Of a stretch of DNA of 64,000 nucleotides, positions 13,489-26,918 are shown in pieces. A program made the position numbers and the translations under genes. Each line of letters starts with the position of its first letter. The stretch's first letter is position 1. The notes beneath the pieces are model-generated. The model did no database searches, had not been told where the DNA came from, and saw only the letters and a program-made list of their open reading frames with translations. Source of the stretch: Octopus sinensis (lineage: Eukaryota); NCBI RefSeq assembly GCF_006345805.1, contig NC_043000.1, positions 55,924,001 through 55,988,000 on the forward strand, in the 5' to 3' direction.

Positions 13489-13728
13489 TGAATATTTGCA
13501 TACATATATATGTATGTATATATATATATATATTCTTTTTTATTAACACACTAAGCTCACCTTTTCATTGCTACTAATGCAATTTTTCATCTCCAACACA
13601 GATCTTATGCAATCTTACACGTTTGATTGCTTCTAACGTAGACGTACACATACACGCACACACACAGAGACATGGATGTAATATGTGTGTGAGTGTAGTG
13701 TGTGTGTGTGTATGTATGCATGTATGTA

Positions 13729-13795
<67 letters not shown>

Positions 13796-14056
13796 TATAT
13801 ATATACATATATGAATATTTGCATACATATATATGTATGTATATATATATATATATTCTTTTTTATTAACACACTAAGCTCACCTTTTCATTGCTACTAA
13901 TGCAATTTTTCATCTCCAACACAGATCTTATGCAATCTTACACGTTTGATTGCTTCTAACGTAGACGTACACATACACGCACACACACAGAGACATGGAT
14001 GTAATATGTGTGTGAGTGTAAGTGTGTGTGTGTGTGTGTATGTATGCATGTATGTA

Positions 14057-14108
<52 letters not shown>
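13481..14108. repeat. Tandem duplication, period 323 bp, bounded by (TA)n
   Basis: Unit TACATATATGAATATTTGC...CTAAGCTCACC...GAGACATGG occurs at 13481 and 13804. Confidence 0.9.
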
Positions 14109-14109
<1 letters not shown>

Positions 14110-14599
14110 TTGCAGGCATGCATTTCGTCTATTTATATCATTATCCATGTTTGTTATTTTTTCGTTGTTAATTTATTTTTTACTGTGTGCGCTGGTATCG
14201 TTTATCCCTCCCTTTATTCAATTATTTCATTTTATTTTTAAGTTCTTTTTTCCTCTCGGTTTTCTTTTATATGTATATGTGTGTGTGTGTATGTGTGTGT
14301 GTCTGCGTATGTGTGTGTGTGTGTAGTTTTTATTTGCTTTTTTGTAGGGATTTTTGTCTTCGTAAAATGTTCGTTGTAGATTGTATCGTGTGAATTCAAC
14401 TTAGCAAATGATTGAAATTTTAATGCGTAAAAAAATAATTAAAAAAAACAACAGCACGCACATGCTTACACACGCAACACACTCACACACTCACGCTCTC
14501 ACACAAACAAACACTCACACTAAATAAAAACTGTAAAACAAAAAAAAAGGCGAAAAACGAAAAAAATCTTTTGGCAGACTTCATTAATCTCTGGCAGTA

Positions 14600-15900
14600 A
14601 CAATGTATATCGCAGTAAGTGGCGGCAATGGTTTAATGGTTGTGCTAGTTAATATAGAGGTTAGATGTGGTCGTGTTAGATGAGAAATTGTTGTGGAAGC
14701 AGTAATGGCGGATTTTGTGGTGAGTGTGTGTGTGAGTGTGAGTGGGATGGCTGTGGTGCTGGTGGTGGTGGTGGTGGTGATGGTGCTGCTGCTGGTGCTG
14801 GTGGTGCTGGTGTTGGTGGTGGTTGTGGTGGTGATGGTAGTAGTGGTAAAGGTGGCTATGTTGATTGTTGTGGTCATAGTGGTGGTGGTGGTGGTGGTGG
14901 TGGTGGTTGTAGTAGTGGTGGTGGCGGCGGCGGCGCTGATCCAGATGGTGGTGATGGTGTTAGTAGTAAAGGTGGCTATGGTGATTATTGTGGTCGTTGT
15001 GGTGGTGGTGGTGGTGGTGGTATTGGTAGTGGTGGTGGCGCTGATCACGATGGTGGTGGTGGTGGTAGTAGTGGTAAAGGTGGCTATGGTGATTGTTGTG
15101 GTCATAGTGGTGGTGGTGGTGGCTGTGGTGGTGTGGTGGTGGTGGTGGTGGTTGTGGTGGTGGTGTTTTGGCGATGGTGGTTGGTACTGGCGTCGATGAG
15201 GTATAAACACTGGTGGCTGTGGTAGCCATGATGACGAGGATATCGTAACAGCAATGGCGGAGGCGGTTATAGTGATGGTGTTGGTGGTGACAGTGGTTGA
15301 GGTTTTGGTAGAATCGTGAGATAAAACCATTGACGGTCTGCGCAATGGTAGTTGTTGTGATGATGATAGGAGTGACTTGAGCCGTGATACGCCAGCTTCT
15401 GACGGTGATGGGGATTGTACCAGTGCAATGAACGTAACGCTGCGGTGGTGGTCATCAATGGAGCTGGCGGCAACGAAGGTAGTGGTAAGATGAGTCGTCG
15501 TCGTGATGCTTGTAGTGGTGACGGCGACGGCGGTGGTGGTGATGGTGTCGGCAACGAAGTTGAACTATTTGTGGTGGTGGTGGAGGTGGTGGTGGTGGCG
15601 GTGGTAGTGGTGGTGGTGGTGGTGGTGGTGACACTAGTGATGGTGAGAGTGATGGTGAGCGCTGGTCCTTCTAAAACAAATGGTAGAGATTCTGTCGCGG
15701 CCGTGGTGGTTCTGGCGCATGATGGTTCTGGTGAGAGAGGTCATAAAGTAATTCTATCGCCATCTTTACTACAACAATCATTACCACTCTTCCACCACCA
15801 CAACCACACCACAACCACCACTACAACCACTACCACAACCATCACGACCAACACAACCACCACCACAGCTACCGCCATAGCAGTGATGTTGTGGTTTGTT
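14600..15900. repeat. Cryptic (GGT)n low-complexity region with a 108-120-bp higher-order repeat
   Basis: GTAAAGGTGGCTATG recurs at about 14846, 14966 and 15074. Confidence 0.8.
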
Positions 15901-15975
15901 CAATAGCCCCAAGTTAACTCGGAGAGTCAAAATTCACCCCATATGACCATCATCCTGTATTCTTTTCCATATAGA

Positions 15976-16290
15976 GTGCATCGACAGCCTCAGAAGAAAG
16001 CGTGTGACTAGGGTATTCGGCTCCCGGTCCTTACTTCGATTCCTAGCGGCAAGCTGTGTCCTTGAGCAAGATGATTTATTTGTCATTGCTCCAGTCCACT
16101 CAGCTGGCAAAAATGAACTGTACTTGTTATTCAAAAGGCCAGTAACGCTGAATATCCCTGAGAACTACATAAAAGGTATGCGCCTCTGTGGAGGGCTCAA
16201 CCACTTGCACGTTAATTTCACGAGCAGGCAGGTTATGCTGATCGTATCAACGGAAACACTCGTCGTCATGATCAACCGATAGCCAGAACA
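15976..16290 (+). mobile_element. SINE-C (CORE-like centre, different tail), degraded
   Basis: GCTGTGTCCTTGAGCAAG...TTGCTCCAGTCCACTCAGCTGGCAAAAATGA; a minus-strand relative lies at 39105-39318. Confidence 0.6.
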
Positions 16291-16340
16291 AAACCTCATC
16301 CAATCAATCTTCCTTTTTCTAAGACGATAGTGAATGATTT

Positions 16341-16570
16341 AGGCGGTGAGCTGGCAGAAACGTTAGCACACCGGGCGAAATGCTTAGCGGTATTTCGTCT
16401 GCCGTTACATTGTGAGTTCAAATTCCGCCGAGGTCGACTTTGCCTTTCATCCTTTTGGGGTCGATAAATTAAGTACCAGTTACGCACTGGGGTCGATGTA
16501 ATCGACTTAATACCTGTCTGTCCTTGTTTGTCCCCTCTGTGTTTAGCCCCTTCTGGGTAATAAAGAAATA
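16341..16570 (+). mobile_element. SINE-B, long-tail variant
   Basis: Full head-to-tail match to the 8329-9066 copies. Confidence 0.9.
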
Positions 16571-17131
16571 GATAGTGAATAATTTGAGGGATAATTGGCA
16601 GCTATTTTAGCAGATTGAATATCCAGATAGATACCCCCATATAGGTTCAGCTAAAACAAGCAATGTTGTTGCTAGTGGTGTTAGCGTTAACGTATGACAA
16701 GTGGATGGACTAGGGTTGAAGTTTATTTCAGAATGATAAGTTACCTAATGCATAAGATTAAGATATTAAGACAAATTTCAAATTAAATAAGTGACTCAAA
16801 GCAGTTATACATATAGCTTTTTCTCTTTCGTTTCCTTTTTTTGGTAGTTTCGTATTTTATTTGTCTAATACCTGCATGTTTTAAATTACTTATGTTTTGT
16901 GTTTTTCTGAAACAAAAAAAAACAGTTCGTTTCTTTATTCATTTATTTATTGGCACTATGTTCGTGATGGATCAATTTGAAGAGATACATAAAGACCTAT
17001 AAACATGCCAGAGAAACACGTTCTCACATACACACACTCATACATTTGCATGTGTCATATGGAAGTGAACGGATTAGAAGGCATTGAATGTATGCATACA
17101 CACGCAGACACGTATAATTACACACACATAT

Positions 17132-17179
<48 letters not shown>

Positions 17180-17214
17180 ATATGTAAGTATATATGTATG
17201 CATGTATATATATA

Positions 17215-17256
<42 letters not shown>

Positions 17257-17744
17257 CATGTATATATATAAATGCATATATATATATGCGTGTGTATGTG
17301 TGTGTATATATACATTGACATACATTCATACATACATACATACATACATACATACATACATACATACATACATACATACATACATACAAATATACATACA
17401 TACAAGGAGAAATGAGAATATGCAAAACGAATAACATCTATTTCACTGCTCTGTACATTAGCCGCCAATTTTCATTTAACTGTCTTTGTAAATATGCATA
17501 CATGTATGTATGTATGTACGTATGTATGTGTGTATGTATGTACGTATGTATGCATGTGTGTACATATGCGTGCATGTGTGTATGCATGTATATATGCATC
17601 CATGTATCTATCCACACATCCTATATATAACATCTATACATATATATATTTGATATATATGTATACATATATATAATATCTATGTATATGTATATATATA
17701 ACAATGATAAATATCAAAGTGAGTTATATACAGTAGCGGTAACA

Positions 17745-17850
17745 CATCATGACTTCCCTTTGCAAATACTGACAGGACACAGATAGTGTGTCTATGGCCA
17801 GCTGGAGGAGTGTGTCCTCCTGGGGCTAAAAACTACAGTAGCATCCACCC
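17745..17850 (-). repeat. Dispersed fragment related to the foldback element at 43766-44393
   Basis: Reverse complement TAGCCCCAGGAGGACACACTCCTCCAGCTGGC...AGTATTTGC aligns with about 43815-43890. Confidence 0.65.
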
Positions 17851-18207
17851 TTATGGGTTAGCCATATTGAAATGGCAAAAATACGTCACGATGTATATAA
17901 TATATATATATATATATATATAATATATATACTTATATATGCATATACATAATATGCATATATTCATATACATATATGCATACCTGCATGTCTATGAATA
18001 TACACACACAGAGACATACACACACGCGATTGGCCAATACGTGCTTGTGTATTTGCTTGTCTGTATGCGTATGTGTGTGTATTTATGAGGGATGGTATGT
18101 GTGTGTATTGTACTTTTGTGAGGTATGTAAATGATATGTAAATGATTATGCAATTCTCACAATGTGTGTCGCCTGCAAAGCTACTTTTATGTCTGAGACG
18201 TAAGTAC

Positions 18208-18209
18208 GT

Positions 18210-18292
<83 letters not shown>

Positions 18293-18364
18293 AATGATGA
18301 TGATGATGCTGATGATGATGATGACGATGATGAAGGTGGTGATGATGATGATGAGGATGACGAC

Positions 18365-18412
<48 letters not shown>

Positions 18413-18415
18413 GAA

Positions 18416-18450
<35 letters not shown>

Positions 18451-18499
18451 CGATGATGACGATGATGAAGGTGGTGATGATGATGATGAGGATGACGAC

Positions 18500-18553
<54 letters not shown>

Positions 18554-18660
18554 GGTGATGATGATGATGATGATGATGATCACAACGAGGACGACAACGA
18601 CGGCAACGATGATGACAAGGATGGTGGTGGGAGGTAATAGCAATGATGACGATGATGACA
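18208..18660 (+). repeat. (GAT)n microsatellite with an internal 135-bp duplication
   Basis: GAAGGTGGTGATGATGATGATGAGGATGACGAC at 18332 and 18467. Confidence 0.85.
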
Positions 18661-19225
18661 GTGACACTGATGATGTTCAAGGGAATTAATGAGAAGATGA
18701 CGATGACCAAGATGGTGGTTGTGTGGTGGTGGTGGTGGTGGTGGTGGTGGTGTGGAGGCGGTGGAGGTGCAGGCGATGACGACGACGGTATTGATGATTA
18801 TAATGATGAGGCGGATAGAGGAAGAAGAGAAAAAGATGGGGAGGATGACGACAGCGTTGTTGATGATGAAAAGGTAATTATTATGATCCTAATGATGGTC
18901 ATATAACAACGACTATGAAGACACCGATATTGTACAACCATCTGCACCGCAAGCGCCATTATACCTGCAAATTGTTAAACTAAAAACAAAACCCCTTTGA
19001 TTGAACAAAACATTTGTTTCTGAATTATTCATAAAGTTCCATTAATTGTTATTAATTTTATGCATGCATACCACTATATATATATATATACATATATGTA
19101 TGTATGTATGTATGTATATATATGTATGTATGTATGTGTATATATATATATATGAGTCTGTATATGTAAATATATGTATACGAAAATATTTAAATCACAC
19201 GCGCTCATTGACACACACATATATG

Positions 19226-19272
<47 letters not shown>

Positions 19273-19390
19273 ATATTACGTATGTATGTATAGTATTAAT
19301 CAAGTTTATTAATTTCTAATTATATTTATGCATTATTAAGTATATTACTGCTAACTAATATGCATGTATATATATGTATATATATATATC

Positions 19391-19429
<39 letters not shown>

Positions 19430-20109
19430 GTATGTATGTATGTATGTTTGTATGCATGTATATATATATGTTTGTGTGTGTGTGTGTGTGCATGTGTGTA
19501 ATTGCGTATGTGAAAATATATATACATATATGTATGCTCACTCATGTGTGTGTGTATGTGCATACACATATGCAATATAATTTTCCTTATGAACATTTAC
19601 AAACACACACAAATATATAACGCTACATAACTTGGAGATGATTATGTTTAGTCAAACTGAAGAATTGCAGGATTTTTTTTATTTCATGTTATCTGAAGTG
19701 AAACTCTGGGATTTCTCTCTGTGCATCCGCTGAAGCGGAACTTGATATTTTTGTCTTAATTAATCCTAATAATATTTCACGAACGGCTTTCCGTCACTGA
19801 TTTATGGCAGATGTAAACCGCCAATACTTTCCTTCTATACTAAGGCTTTACTTCTCTATTAAATTTGTTGCCCGGCTTGTTGATGCTTGTCGATATAATT
19901 TCTTTGTCATGGCAATTGAAGCATAACTGTGAAATCTTTCTTTTCTTTTTTTTCCTGAAATTGTTGTCCAATAATAATAACGATAATTATTATTTTTGTT
20001 GTTGTCAATGTTATTGTTGTGTTGGTTTTGTTTATTCTTGCTATTATCCTTGTTATTATTATTATTGTTGTTGTAATTATTATTATCATTATTATTATCA
20101 TCATCATCA

Positions 20110-20174
<65 letters not shown>

Positions 20175-20179
20175 GTGAA

Positions 20180-20501
20180 GGCGCATGGCTCAGTGGTTAG
20201 AGCTTCGAGCTTACGATCGTGAGGTTGTGAGTTCGAATCCCAGGCTGCGTCTTGTGTTCTTGAGCAAGACACTTTATTTCACATTTCTCCAATTCACTCA
20301 GCTTTAGAAACGAGTTGCGACGTCACAGGTGCCAAGCTGTATCGGCCATTGCCTTTCCCTTGGATAACACTGGTGGCGTGGAGAGTGGAGGCCGGTATGC
20401 ATAGGCGACTGCTGATCTTCCATAAACATCCTTGCCCGGACTTATCCCTGGGAGGTAACATTCTAGGTGCAATCCACGGTCAGTCATGACCGACGGGGGT
20501 C
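20180..20501 (+). mobile_element. tRNA-derived SINE-A
   Basis: A box TGGCTCAGTGG, B box GTTCGAATCCC, CORE-like TGTGTTCTTGAGCAAGACACT. Confidence 0.9.
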
Positions 20502-20520
20502 AGATTATTATCATTATTAT

Positions 20521-21140
20521 TAAAGATACGAGCTGGTAGAATAGTTTAGCACGCAGAGCGCAGTGCTTAGTGGCATTTCGTCCGTCTATATGTTCTGAGT
20601 TCAAATTCCGCCATGGTCGACTTTCCTTTTCATCCTATCGGGGCGGATAAAATAAGTACCAGATGAGCACTGAGGTCAATGTAACCGACTTACCCCCTCT
20701 CCCGAAATTGCTGGCCTTGTACTAAAACTTTAAACCATTATTATTATTGTTGTGGTTGAAATGAGGAGCTGGCAGAATCGTTAGCACGCCGGGCAAAATG
20801 TTCAGTAGCATTACGTCTGCCTTTATGTTCTAAGTTCAATTTGCCTTTCATCTTTTCGAGATCGAGGAAGTAAGTACAGTTCAACACTGAGAGCAATTAG
20901 CTCTTTCCTCAAAGTTTCAGGCCTTGTGCCAATAGCAGAGAAGAAAGGATTACTAAGGCTGTGAGCAGGCAGAATCGTAAGTAAGCCGGGGAAAATGCTA
21001 AGCGAAATTTCGTACGTCTTTACGTTCTGAGTTCAAATTCCGCAGAGGTTGACTTAACCATTCATCCTTTCAGGGACAATAAAATAAGTACCAGTCGAGT
21101 ACAGGAGTCGGTGAAACCGGTTTATCTCCTCCTCGAAGTA
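20521..21140 (+). mobile_element. Cluster of three diverged SINE-B copies with alternative tails
   Basis: Heads at about 20521, 20758 and 20955; TTTCATCC..TCG centre in each. Confidence 0.8.
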
Positions 21141-21301
21141 ACTGATTTTCGTTTGCTTCAAAACTACAACGGTAACAACAAGAACAACAACAACAACAAC
21201 AACAACAATAATAATAATAACAATAATCGTAGTAGTAGTAGTATTAGTAGTAGTAGTAGTAGTAGTAGTAGTGACAGCAGCAGCAGCAGCAGCAGTAGTA
21301 A

Positions 21302-21365
<64 letters not shown>

Positions 21366-21524
21366 TTCATATATACTCAACAGATTAGACTGTTGGAAAA
21401 GAAAAGAATCCTAACATCGGGCCGCAACAAGTAGCCTTAAATGCCAAGAACCCTCCTAAGTATCTTAGCTGCCTCTAATAACTCTGTTTTCTGGAGCTGC
21501 ACTAAACTGGCTCCAGAAAAATAG

Positions 21525-21602
<78 letters not shown>

Positions 21603-22092
21603 GAGTGAGAGAGCAGTTCATGCCATCAAAGTGACACTGGGGTAAAATATACGAAGCCCAATATACCCATCATGACTACCCGTCTGATAAGGGTACACCA
21701 GGCACATGCATCACAACCATATGTGCGCGACATGGTGATCTCATATCAAGATAACAGCACATGACCTTGCAGGTGGGGCCCAGTTAGAATTTTCTTCAGG
21801 TTGAGTAGCCCATCCCGCTCAAAAGGTCCCTGAATAAGGGTTGTTTAAGGATGTTGAAAGAACCACCCATGTTTCCAGAGGTGAATTATTCAAACCCCAA
21901 AGAATCCCTCTCAACACATGGCTATGATGCTCCCCCACTACTTCTGCTCGTGATCAGAGATGCACATATCGTCAGCCACTAAGAGACATGCTCAACTGAT
22001 TAAGGTCAAACAACTGACAAGCAAATCTGTGGTATTGAGCAGAATATTTGCTGTAGCCCATCTTTTATACCAAGACAAAACAATGTACATGA
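21603..22092 (-). mobile_element. 558-bp element, 5'-truncated by ~70 nt, flanked by (ATT)n
   Basis: Reverse complement of 34743-35300 lacking the first ~70 nt. Confidence 0.88.
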
Positions 22093-22106
22093 TCATTATT
22101 ATTATT

Positions 22107-22500
22107 TGAAATCTCACAGCTTATGTTGCTGCCTATGAGGGAAAGTGTCAGCTGTCCACAACCAGCAGACTAAGGTGATACTAATTTACTGGTCATGCTT
22201 CAAGAACCCTGTGAAAAATTCTTTCCGTTCCAAGCAATGCTGATTTTTGTTAGTGTTCTACCTTCAGACTTGTACCACTCATTTTCAGCCATGCTGGAAG
22301 TTGAATGCTGATACTTCCAAGTGCACCAATTACTATTGATATCACATCTACTCTTCTCATTGACCACAACCTTCATATTTCCCACTTCAAATCATAGTTG
22401 TTTATTTTTTTTTTCTTTCACATTGATTCTGTTGTCACAGGGATATGCTATGTCAATTACCATACATGATCCTGTTGTCACCGGGGCCAGCCATGTCGAT
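22107..22500 (-). mobile_element. R4/Dong-clade LINE 3' fragment (family E)
   Basis: Minus-strand translation VIDIAYPCDNRINVKEK, LKWEI*RLWSMRRVDVISIVIGALGSI, KSALLGTERI; distinct 3' UTR ending GTGAGATTTCA(AAT)n. Confidence 0.8.
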
Positions 22501-22538
22501 TTATTATTATTATTATCATCATTATTATTATTATTATT

Positions 22539-23024
22539 CAGTAGTTTTATTTTTATAGCGTGCTTTCACTTCACTACCGAGCGCAGCTCTGTGTGCCTTG
22601 GGTATGTGTTGTAATTTGTTGTGATGCTCTGATGGTTATTGTATGGAAAGTGTTCTGCGTAGGATGTGTGCAGTGCCTAGTAGTGCAATTTTCTGTATGT
22701 TATATGTGTTTGTAAGTCCTGGTGTTTTTGTTATGTATTTGTCTGAATATTTTTTATCATGCCTAATGCACCTACTATGATAGGAATTGTTTCTGTTTTC
22801 AGGTTCCACATTCTAGTTATCTCTATTTCCAGTCTTTGTATTTTGAGAGTTTCTCCATTTCTTTTAGAGACACGTTGTCATCTGCCGGTATTGATACATC
22901 AATTAGAAAGCATTTTTTTTCTTCATGATCTCTGACAACTATATCTGGTCTGTTGGCCTTAATTTCTCTATCTGTGTGTATCAGCATATCCCAGAGTATG
23001 GTTGCTTTCTCGTTTTCTGTGACC

Positions 23025-23027
<3 letters not shown>
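22539..23027 (-). mobile_element. R4/Dong family A, 5'-truncated copy flanked by (ATT)n
   Basis: KATILWDMLIHTDREIKANRPDIVVRDHEEKKCFLIDVSIP; same 3' UTR as the other A copies. Confidence 0.93.
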
Positions 23028-23101
<74 letters not shown>

Positions 23102-23105
23102 CATC

Positions 23106-23136
<31 letters not shown>

Positions 23137-23149
23137 ATTATTACTATTA

Positions 23150-23290
23150 AGAAATTCCACCGAGATCGACTTTGCCTTTTATCATTTCGGGGTCGATAAA
23201 ATAAATACCTGTTACGCACTGGGATTGATATAATCGACAAGACCCCTCCTCAAAAATTTCACGCTCTACACCTACAGTAGAAAGGTTATT
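23150..23290 (+). mobile_element. SINE-B 3' fragment (AGTAGAAAGG-ATT tail variant)
   Basis: TCGACTTTGCCTTTTATCATTTCGGGGTCGATAAAATAAATACC. Confidence 0.75.
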
Positions 23291-24593
23291 ATTTCTATTA
23301 AAGTTAGATATAACCTTGGTTTATCTCTTTCTGTTAGTGTTTCTCAGTTTCACTATTGTTGCCAAAAGGTTTTTTTTCCATACAAGCTTTAAGAATGCAG
23401 TTTTTAAATTCGGAGATGACTGAGCAAGTTAAATATATTTAAGTTTACTCGCTTACAGCAATTTATTGCTAAAATGGGATCAAAGAAAACATTTATAAGT
23501 TGTTATGATAACTGAGGTGAATTATTTAGATTTAATAGTGAGAAATGTTCAAATTACATTGTTATTCTCCTAAGTGAAGCTGTGATATTTGCTGTCATAC
23601 TAGATTAAATGGGGCAGTGAATTTTATAATTCTGAGAGCATTGTAATACGTCGTTACTGCATTTGCGTGGTCTATACTTCAAAAATTTGGGAGCTCATCG
23701 TCTAAGCATAGTCCTGGATGGGTTGCTTAGATTTTTTTTGCCTTTTCGACTGATGAACCTATTGGAACCATATTACAACATAAGAACATAGTCATTAAAA
23801 AAAACTTGGTCCGATCATAAGCAGTAAAAATTCAATGAAAGAACAGTAGCATAAATAGGAGTGGAAACCAAGCAATGCCAACGTTAACGGAACAAACAAG
23901 ACAAATTAACCCACAATTAACCAACTTAACATCGGGTATAGAATGCAAATCTACACACTCACGCGTACACATACAGGTATATCTGTAGCAACTTAAGATG
24001 GATTATTTAATAATTTGTTAAGTAGTCCCGAAGACAACTTTATCAAAACAAGATACGAATGAGACAAAAAAGTATTAAACAGAAAACGAGAAATAAGCAG
24101 CCAACGAATTGGAAAATGAAACGACGACAACAAAATACATCTCCTTAATAAAACAACAATAACTGTCAGCCAATGAAGACGTTAGTCGTAGAGAAAAGAA
24201 TGGACTGGCAGAAAAGTATATAGAAATCAGTCTGAATAACAAAATTTACGATTGTCGAAGTATGAATATTGAGATTCGTGAAAAAGAATCCAGTATAAAT
24301 AAATAATATATTCTACCGCATGTACTCCATTTTTATCGATAAGATATACTTGCATATAGAATGGTAACTAAACAAACACAAATTCCATTAGGCACAAATT
24401 GATTCGTCTAATCGAGGGTTTATTTTTGTTGTCTGAAAATACAACGAATTAAAAAAATAGCTTGGGTAATGACAAATGTCTACGGCCGTGCGAGATATAC
24501 GAGATATTTATATATACAAGTATGTATATGTGTATAGTCACAAATAGATACGCTCAGACATACACACACGCGCGCACACTCACACACACACAA

Positions 24594-24645
<52 letters not shown>

Positions 24646-24860
24646 CTGGTGAACTTTTTTCAAGAAACAACGGCGTAGGGCTCAACCCATTGAGCGATTG
24701 GATTAAAGTATTAATTTTAAAAAAACAAGTTCCAAGATCAATAATATTCCTCATCAAAGCCGACACATATTTAAACACCGAGGGCATAATAAGCCATTAT
24801 AAGCATGTGAACACATAATATACAAAAGCATATATATATACATATATATGCTTTTGTATG

Positions 24861-25250
24861 TTATGTCTGACGGTTCCTATCTGAAAGTTTTGGTTTTCTT
24901 CCGGAGTTTTGTTTCGACGAGGTTTTTCCCTCTTTCTCAAAGGCTGTCATTACTTTCAAGACAGTACTTCTTGATACGCCAAACATTTCGGCTGTTTTCG
25001 TTACGCTAGTGCCTGCCATATGAGCACCAACGCCTTTTTGAAAGTCCGATAGATCTGTCATTTTAATGAATTTTAGTTATCTTTTTCTGATGATATCTGA
25101 AAAGAAACAGCAATTTTAGCAAAACATATTAAACAACACTAACAATAAATCAAAAACATAAAAATAAACAAGCTTTTGACGGTTTTATAGATATTTCAAA
25201 ATTATGATGCTACGATGCTAGGTGTTTCCATTGTTTTGGCCAACACCTGT
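24861..25250 (-). mobile_element. Tc1-like transposon left end with transposase N-terminus
   Basis: MTDLSDFQKG...SVTKTAEMFGVSRSTVLKVMTAFEKEGKTSSKQNSGRKPKLSDR (Tc1 HTH); TIR CAGGTGTTGGCCAAAACAATGGAAACACC next to TA at 25251-25252. Confidence 0.88.
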
Positions 25251-25756
25251 AGCTTTCCACTTTCTCTTCTTTTACTTATGCCATCTCAAATGGAATTGCT
25301 CCCTTTTAGCCACATTATTTATAAATTGTGGTATTTTGCCATTGTATTTGGAGTTAGCTGCTTTCCTGTTTATTTTTATTCAAATCGATTTTTTATATCT
25401 TTTATTGTACAAATATATATATTCGAAACCTAAAGTTTAATTTATAATTTGGAGAGACGATTATGTTTTCATTGTCGCTATTTGCATTTTGAAAAGCACC
25501 TGTTTCCTTTGCTTCTGAGACATTCATCTAGAAACGTGTAACAGCGGTCAAAATGTCCAAAGACACGCGTTTCCTTTCATCTAGCTAATGGGCAAGACGT
25601 TCAAAAGTTCCAAAACCGTTTGATCTTTACCAGAATTTTTTTTAGTTTCAAACCCTCAGAAAAAAGCACGTTCCATACAACGCTCTGTAAAATGTGACCA
25701 TTCATGGCGAATGACAACAACAAAAAATACAGCAATATAACAACAACAAATATTGA

Positions 25757-25975
25757 TAATAAAGGTTTCAAATTTTGGCACAAGGTCAGCAATTTAGGGG
25801 AAGGAGGTAAGTCGAATACATTGATTCCAGCGTACAAATGAAGTTTATTTTATCCAACCCGAAAAGATAAATGCAAAGTCAACCTCGGTGGTATTTGAAT
25901 TCGGAACGTAAATAGAAACAAAATGCTGCTAAGTATTTTCTCTGGTATGCTAACAATTCTGCCACCGAGGCACCT
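25757..25975 (-). mobile_element. SINE-B (CCAAAATTTGAAACC tail variant)
   Basis: Reverse complement matches the SINE-B head and centre. Confidence 0.75.
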
Positions 25976-25977
25976 AA

Positions 25978-26036
<59 letters not shown>

Positions 26037-26108
26037 GTAGTAGTAGTAGTATAGTAGTAGTAGTAGTGTAGTAGTAGTGGTGGTGGTGGTGGTGGTGGTG
26101 GTGGTGGT

Positions 26109-26149
<41 letters not shown>

Positions 26150-26150
<1 letters not shown>

Positions 26151-26640
26151 AAGTTTGCTTATTGATTGACATGAGCATACCCTCTGACCATAATATCTCG
26201 GCAAAAGAATTTGATAAGCTCAGAAAATATAAAAATTTGCTAATTGAAATCGAAAAGACGTGGCATCTCAAGAAGGTTACAACACCAGTGATTGTAGGAG
26301 CACTTGGAATGATAAAACAAGAACTGAAAATTATTTAAGCATGATCCCTGGCAGGAAGGGTAAAAGGTTGTATTAACTGGTACGTCACACGTATTGAGAG
26401 CATTGTGGCTGTGAATTTTCTTTCCTTTTTCTCACTTTATTTTCATTGTTTACTTTTTTATTTTTTTTTTCCTTTTTCTCTCTGTCGTCCCCTTTTTCTC
26501 TATCACATGACTTTGTAAGTGAAAAATCTGGTGTATTTATTTTAATTACCTACCAACTTATACAGTACGTTTCTCTGCCTATGTGTCAAGAAGACACTCG
26601 GCAAGAAATAGAAACAGAATTGAAAGAAGATGCTAATGAA
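26150..26640 (+). mobile_element. R4/Dong-clade 3' fragment (family C), copy 1
   Basis: LLIDMSIPSDHNISAKEFDKLRKYKNLLIEIEKTWHLKKVTTPVIVGALGMIK; ends before (AAT)n. Confidence 0.85.
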
Positions 26641-26644
26641 AATG

Positions 26645-26706
<62 letters not shown>

Positions 26707-26727
26707 TAATATGATAATAATAATAAT

Positions 26728-26759
<32 letters not shown>

Positions 26760-26797
26760 TAATATAGTAGTAGTAGTAGTATAGTAGTAGTAGTAGT

Positions 26798-26847
<50 letters not shown>

Positions 26848-26882
26848 GTGGTGGTGGTGGTGGTGTGGTGGTGGTGGTGGTG

Positions 26883-26917
<35 letters not shown>

Positions 26918-26918
<1 letters not shown>

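Noticed and set aside
14584-15345. Mucin-like Thr-rich 253-aa ORF
   Set aside because: Antisense reading of (GGT)n; no signal peptide or non-repeat domain.
17964-18710. His-rich or Asp-rich long ORFs
   Set aside because: (GAT)n repeat open in several frames on both strands; no splice or domain context.
20180-20260. tRNA gene
   Set aside because: A and B boxes are present, but there is no cloverleaf 3' acceptor strand and the sequence continues into a SINE body.
24645-24830. Possible decayed hammerhead (UUGAUGA...GGAAC) on the minus strand between TA tracts
   Set aside because: Two core mismatches and no convincing stems.
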